A stretch of DNA of 64,000 nucleotides from assembly GCA_002189035.1 (NCBI GenBank), contig NEEC01000021.1, positions 372,001 to 436,000 on the forward strand, in the 5' to 3' direction. Below the pieces are notes generated by a model. That model saw only the letters and a list, made by a program, of their open reading frames with translations, did not search any database and was not told the origin of the DNA. This stretch comes from Utricularia gibba (taxonomy: Eukaryota > Plantae > Magnoliophyta). Of the stretch, positions 59,201 through 64,000 are shown one piece after another (position 1 is the stretch's first letter; each line of letters begins with the position of its first letter). A program made the translations under genes and the position numbers.

Positions 59201-62015
59201 ATTATATATTTTATTAAAAACATATTTCAGATAAACATTTTATATTTAAAGATGAATTATATGAATATATTATATATTTATCAAACAAAAATATTTATAT
59301 GAGTAATGTTTATGTATAATTCACACTAGTGTATATTATAAATTCTATCAACGTAAAGCAACACGCGTGCCACTTTAGTTTTGTTTTTACCAACACAAGG
59401 GCTATATATATAATCGATACTTTTGTCTTTTTTAGACAACGTCATGTAAATCATACTAAAAAGATTAATAAATTTTTAAATTCTACAAATAATATATGAA
59501 TATTCTTGTGTGCATATAAGTTGTCACATATGTTTTTTAATTGTATTTTCATATAACAACCATTTGCAACGGTGACAAGTGAACCTCATTTCGGATTTGA
59601 AACATTAGAGTATTCATCATTGATTTCTCTCTCACATATTAAGCACAAAAAATTACATATATGATAAGTAATTTTCTCACACAATCTTTTTATCACCATA
59701 ATTGTACACCCCCTATTTGGAATATAGTGTTATTTGCAGTATCATTGAAATTTCTCAGTTTGTCGTAAGCTGGTATCCTAATAAATGTGTAGTTATTTTT
59801 TTTAGCATTGAATTCTACACTAATTATGCAAACCCCGAGAATTTTTTAACTGGTTTGGGCCATTCCACGACCCATGTAATTAGTTTTTCCTATGGTCCAT
59901 GATCATCCTATGCACCATATTCCAATTGTGAAGATTTATTATACTCAAGAAGTAAATTGGTACCAAGGACTTCCTTTGGAAAAAAACATTCCATAATTTA
60001 TTTTTGATAAATTGAAAATTGTGATAGAACGAGAATCTATATATGTTTGGAACTATTTTTTTAGATGATTATTATTGAATGAATTCATGATTAAAATATA
60101 AAAAATCAGAATTAATTTAAATAGTGAATGACATATTTATTCATATTTATTAATAATTATATTTTTAAATTATAATTTACATTATTGCTTAATTTAAATA
60201 TATTTATATTAAATTCTAATTTACAATAAATTAAATTGTTTATAATATTATTAATTATAATTATTTATAAAGTTATAACCATAATTTCAATTTTATAATC
60301 ATTTTCTCGAAAAATTAATACTTATAAAAAAAACTAGTATATTATAATTCTCATAAAAAGTGAATTTATTCTCAAATTTTAGATATCAAGTGAAGATGGC
60401 CAATAAGTGTCCAACTAAATACTTGATTTGGAGCAAATGAAGCCTTCAAATCCATAGGGTTAGATAGACATCAAGTGAAGGACTTTCTTTTTTTCAATGT
60501 CAAAATCAATTGAAAGACTTTAAAGTGGGTTCTTAGTGAGGATTTGGGGGAGTGAAATGGTACCAAGAGTCAAATCAAATGAGGAGAGAGAGAATATTTA
60601 TAGCATTTGAATTTTTTATTAATCTAAATACTTCTTGTTCTTTTCACATTTACCTTATCTATTTTTCATAATATTTATCATATTATCCTTAATTTCAAGT
60701 TTTATTCTTCATTTTCAACCGTTTTATATTCCCAATCTCCAACAATCATAAAATATTATTATTAATATAAAATTCGAAAAATGATATACTTCACTAATAA
60801 TACGATAAACAATACGTATGTTATGCATCTCATCCTAAAACATATAAAATATGCTGAATTAAAAATGACAGTCAATTTTTTAAATAGAAATATTAAAAGA
60901 AATAACTTAATATTGTAGCAGTCTTTTTTATTAGATATTTTTTATTATATTCTAATTCATTTTGTATTCATTGGTTTGAAACCTGAGGCTTGGGTGGCTA
61001 TTGTTAGGCTGCATGGAGGTCTGGAGACGACTTAGGAATGGTGTCCACAACATTAAAAAACAAATTAATACTTTGGACTTTGCAAAATCCACGTGTCCCA
61101 GTTGAATATCTTGTGACAATTAATTGCCCCAAAATTAATCTTAATTATTCACCTAAATTCTACTTAACTCTTAGATGTGGAAAAAAGAGAACCTCACAAC
61201 CTACTTGTCATATAAACAATCTTCTAGCTAATAAAAAAGTAAGATACACTAAATCAACTGAATATCAACACCATATTTCAAACACCTATGTGCTGGAAAT
61301 TACGTCTATTTGTTAAAACATATTTTCTAATACACGAATAATTTCTGATGTGATTATAATTTTTTCAAACATATATTTTTTTGTATTGAATATAAATAAA
61401 TCTATAAAATAATAATAATAATTTAAATAGACATGTATAAAATATGATATCCTTTGAAAATCACTTTTATTCTACTAAATTCAATTCTATTCTCGTAAAA
61501 TTGATTTTACCTTCTAAACATACATTAAATTTTATTTTACGAGAATTAATTTTTGAGAATCACTTCACTTATAAAAGAATCACGAAATATTAACTTGTTT
61601 ACGAGAATTGATTTTCGAGAGGTGATTCTAAAATTCATTCTATAATAATTATTATTAAAAAAATATTTCCAAACATATATGAGTTCTTATTATATCAAAA
61701 TTTTCAATTATATTAAAATCAATTTGTATTGATTTTTACAAACCTAGGCTATATTTATCAAATATATGTTATTTCTTTTAATACGAATAATTTGCATATA
61801 CTATTAATTAAATTATTCTATCTAACACGTGCATAAAAAAAAGAAAATGTACAATACAATTACTTGGAGTCAATTTTCCGGATAATTTCTTACAGTTGAG
61901 AACAGAATGTTTCCTTTGCTTCCAGTCAAAGGTATCCTTGCTTCAAGCCTGTGCCTCTGCTGACCTTTATGTACTTCTCAGCCACTCCCCTGAGCACTCC
62001 TCACTTGATCCAACC

Positions 62016-63537
62016 ATGACCGCCCTTGTCTCTGTCTCCACCTTGCTTCTTCTCGTCTCTGGCTTCCTTCCCGGAACCAGGGCTTCCCTCGTCTCTCTCG
62101 GAGATTTCAACAAGGGCTTCTACGTCACTTGGTCCCCCGACCACATCCAAACTTCCTCCGATGGCCAAACCAGGCGCTTATCCCTTGATAAAAACTCAGG
62201 TTCCCCAGAGTCACCCTTTGGGAGGCATTTCATCAATCACCTGACGTGCATTGGTTTGGATTTGCAGGGTGTGGATTCGCCTCAAACGCGACGTTCCTAT
62301 TCGGCCGATTCGACATGAAGATCCAACTCGTTCCGGGGAACTCCGCCGGCACCGTCGTGGCATACTATGTAAGTTCAGTGCAGTAGCAGCATTCCCTCAT
62401 CTGATCTTCCCTTTTCTATACGTTTGGATCCCCACGATGCAGCTGTCGACCCCAGAAGCGCGACAAGACGAGCTGGATTTCGAGTTCCTTGGAGACGTTG
62501 AGGGCCAGCGCTACACTCTTCAGACGAATGTGTTTGTGAATGGAGTTGGGAACAGGGAGCAAAGGTTTAGGCTCTGGTTTGATCCCACAAAGGACTTCCA
62601 CACTTACTCCATTCTCTGGAACATTTACCAGATAGTGTATGTGCTTTTACTCTTTTGCCCTTCCCTCCTATCCAATTCTCCTTATAGAACCCTGGGGTGT
62701 TTTCGGAAACCTAATTCTAGTATTTTTTTTTTCAACACCTTTGTGTTTTAAATTCACACATTTTTTTTTACTAAAATGCAGTAGTGGTGTTATTAGGATT
62801 TTTTTAATACATTGATATAATTTTAAGATCTAAGATTTATTCCGAGGTTAGAATGGGTTCAAATTGAATTTATAATTTTTTGGATTCAATTCAATATTTT
62901 TTTTATAAATAATTAAAAAATCAGGAAATTTTAAAAATTTTAGATAATTATTTTATTTTTTGATATTTATACAATGAATTAAATCCGATTTCAAAACACT
63001 ATTACCACTCTTACATGAAATTTTCATTTCTAATATATAAATATTAATTAGTGAGTGGTGTAATTTAAACAAAATTACTTTTTTTTTGCATAATTAATTT
63101 TATAAATGATTTCATAATTTATTTAAAATTGTAGGTTTTTTGTGGACTCGGTGCCGATAAGGACGTTCAGAAACCATGCAGACAAAGGGGTGCCGTACCC
63201 AAACGTAGAGTCAATGGGCCTGTGGGCCTCCTTTTGGAATGGTGAGGATTGGGCCACAAATGGCGGGAATACTAAGATCGATTGGGCCCAGGCCCCATTC
63301 CAGGCCTCGTATAAGGCGCCTAAGGTCAACGCCTGCGTTTTGGATGGAGACCCAATGGGCTGCAATGCACAAGGCCCAGATTATTGGTGGAATAGCGAGA
63401 GTTTGAGGTCTCTGAATTGGTTCCAGAGGAGATTATACAAATGGGCCAGGATTTATTATCTTAATTATGATTACTGCAGGGATTACCCTAGATTTAACTA
63501 TAATCTCCCCAAGGAATGCTCCCTCCCAAAGTATTGA
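62016..63537 (+). CDS. XTH10: Xyloglucan endotransglucosylase/hydrolase (GH16), XTH10-like
   Basis: Exons 62016-62199, 62268-62368 (the 101-nt exon typical of XTHs), 62443-62636 and 63135-63537. Signal peptide, catalytic [26 protein letters not shown]. The C-terminus [10 protein letters not shown] matches my recollection of XTH10, so the orthology is inferred. Confidence 0.93.
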
Positions 63538-64000
63538 AATCTTGATTCTTTTTTTTTATTGCAAATTTAAATAGTTTATTTACTTTTTTCTGTGATTACA
63601 TGTTGAATTATGGAATTAACTCAAAAGCTGAATCGTTAAATAATTTTAATTAATCTAATATAATCTTTCAACATATTAGTGTAGTGTGCAGTTTGTTTGA
63701 TAACAAGATATAGAAGATTAACACGCAAGTTTACATATATATAATTGTTTGATTAACTAGTACGTCAGATTTGTATGATTATATCATTATACTTATTTTT
63801 TAATTATATGATTAATATACATAAATGGTAGGGGGTTAAAAAGTATAATTATATATATACTATTTATATTTCTATGTTTAGATATCAAATATTATATACA
63901 ATTGATTATATATATACTTAATATATTATATTATGATTAAATATATTAATATTCTAATATCAAACAAAAACAGAAAATAGGGAGAAGAAAGGACGGCGTA

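Noticed and set aside
60038-61680. Short inverted repeats atatatgtttggaa / ttccaaacatatat and subterminal aatcac/gagaatt repeats
   Set aside because: Suggest one or two Tourist-like MITEs, but ends and TSDs could not be paired confidently. The same applies to TAA|GGTGAGTTTGG at about 29767.

Overview
AT-rich plant (dicot-like) nuclear genomic DNA with spliceosomal introns. It is not prokaryotic, and I found no CRISPR array, tRNA or rRNA. Ten protein-coding genes can be reconstructed: a DUF760 plastid protein, WDR55, a DUF620 protein, a prolyl 4-hydroxylase, RPS29, an Mpv17/PMP22 protein, a 66-aa basic protein, a plastid membrane protein of unknown function, a very acidic type II membrane protein with a 59-aa internal duplication, and an XTH10-like enzyme. 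A nested transposon island spans about 11-27.3 kb. It holds a PIF/Harbinger element (transposase plus convergent Myb/SANT gene), three probable Athila-type solo LTRs with near-intact TSDs (two inside the PIF, one inside a Copia relic), and a complete but decayed Copia inserted into the RNase H of an older Copia. Elsewhere there are a Pong relic, a MULE-like TIR element, a chromovirus relic and a Tourist MITE. I did not find a clearly new multi-gene system. The best leads are an intronic tandem array built from copies of a 3' splice site, the acidic membrane protein, unusual LTR/PBS geometry in the Copia, a possible spliced orphan locus beside the TE island, and GC-rich islands in a gene-free interval. 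All alignments and translations were done by eye, and TE boundaries given as approximate are estimates.
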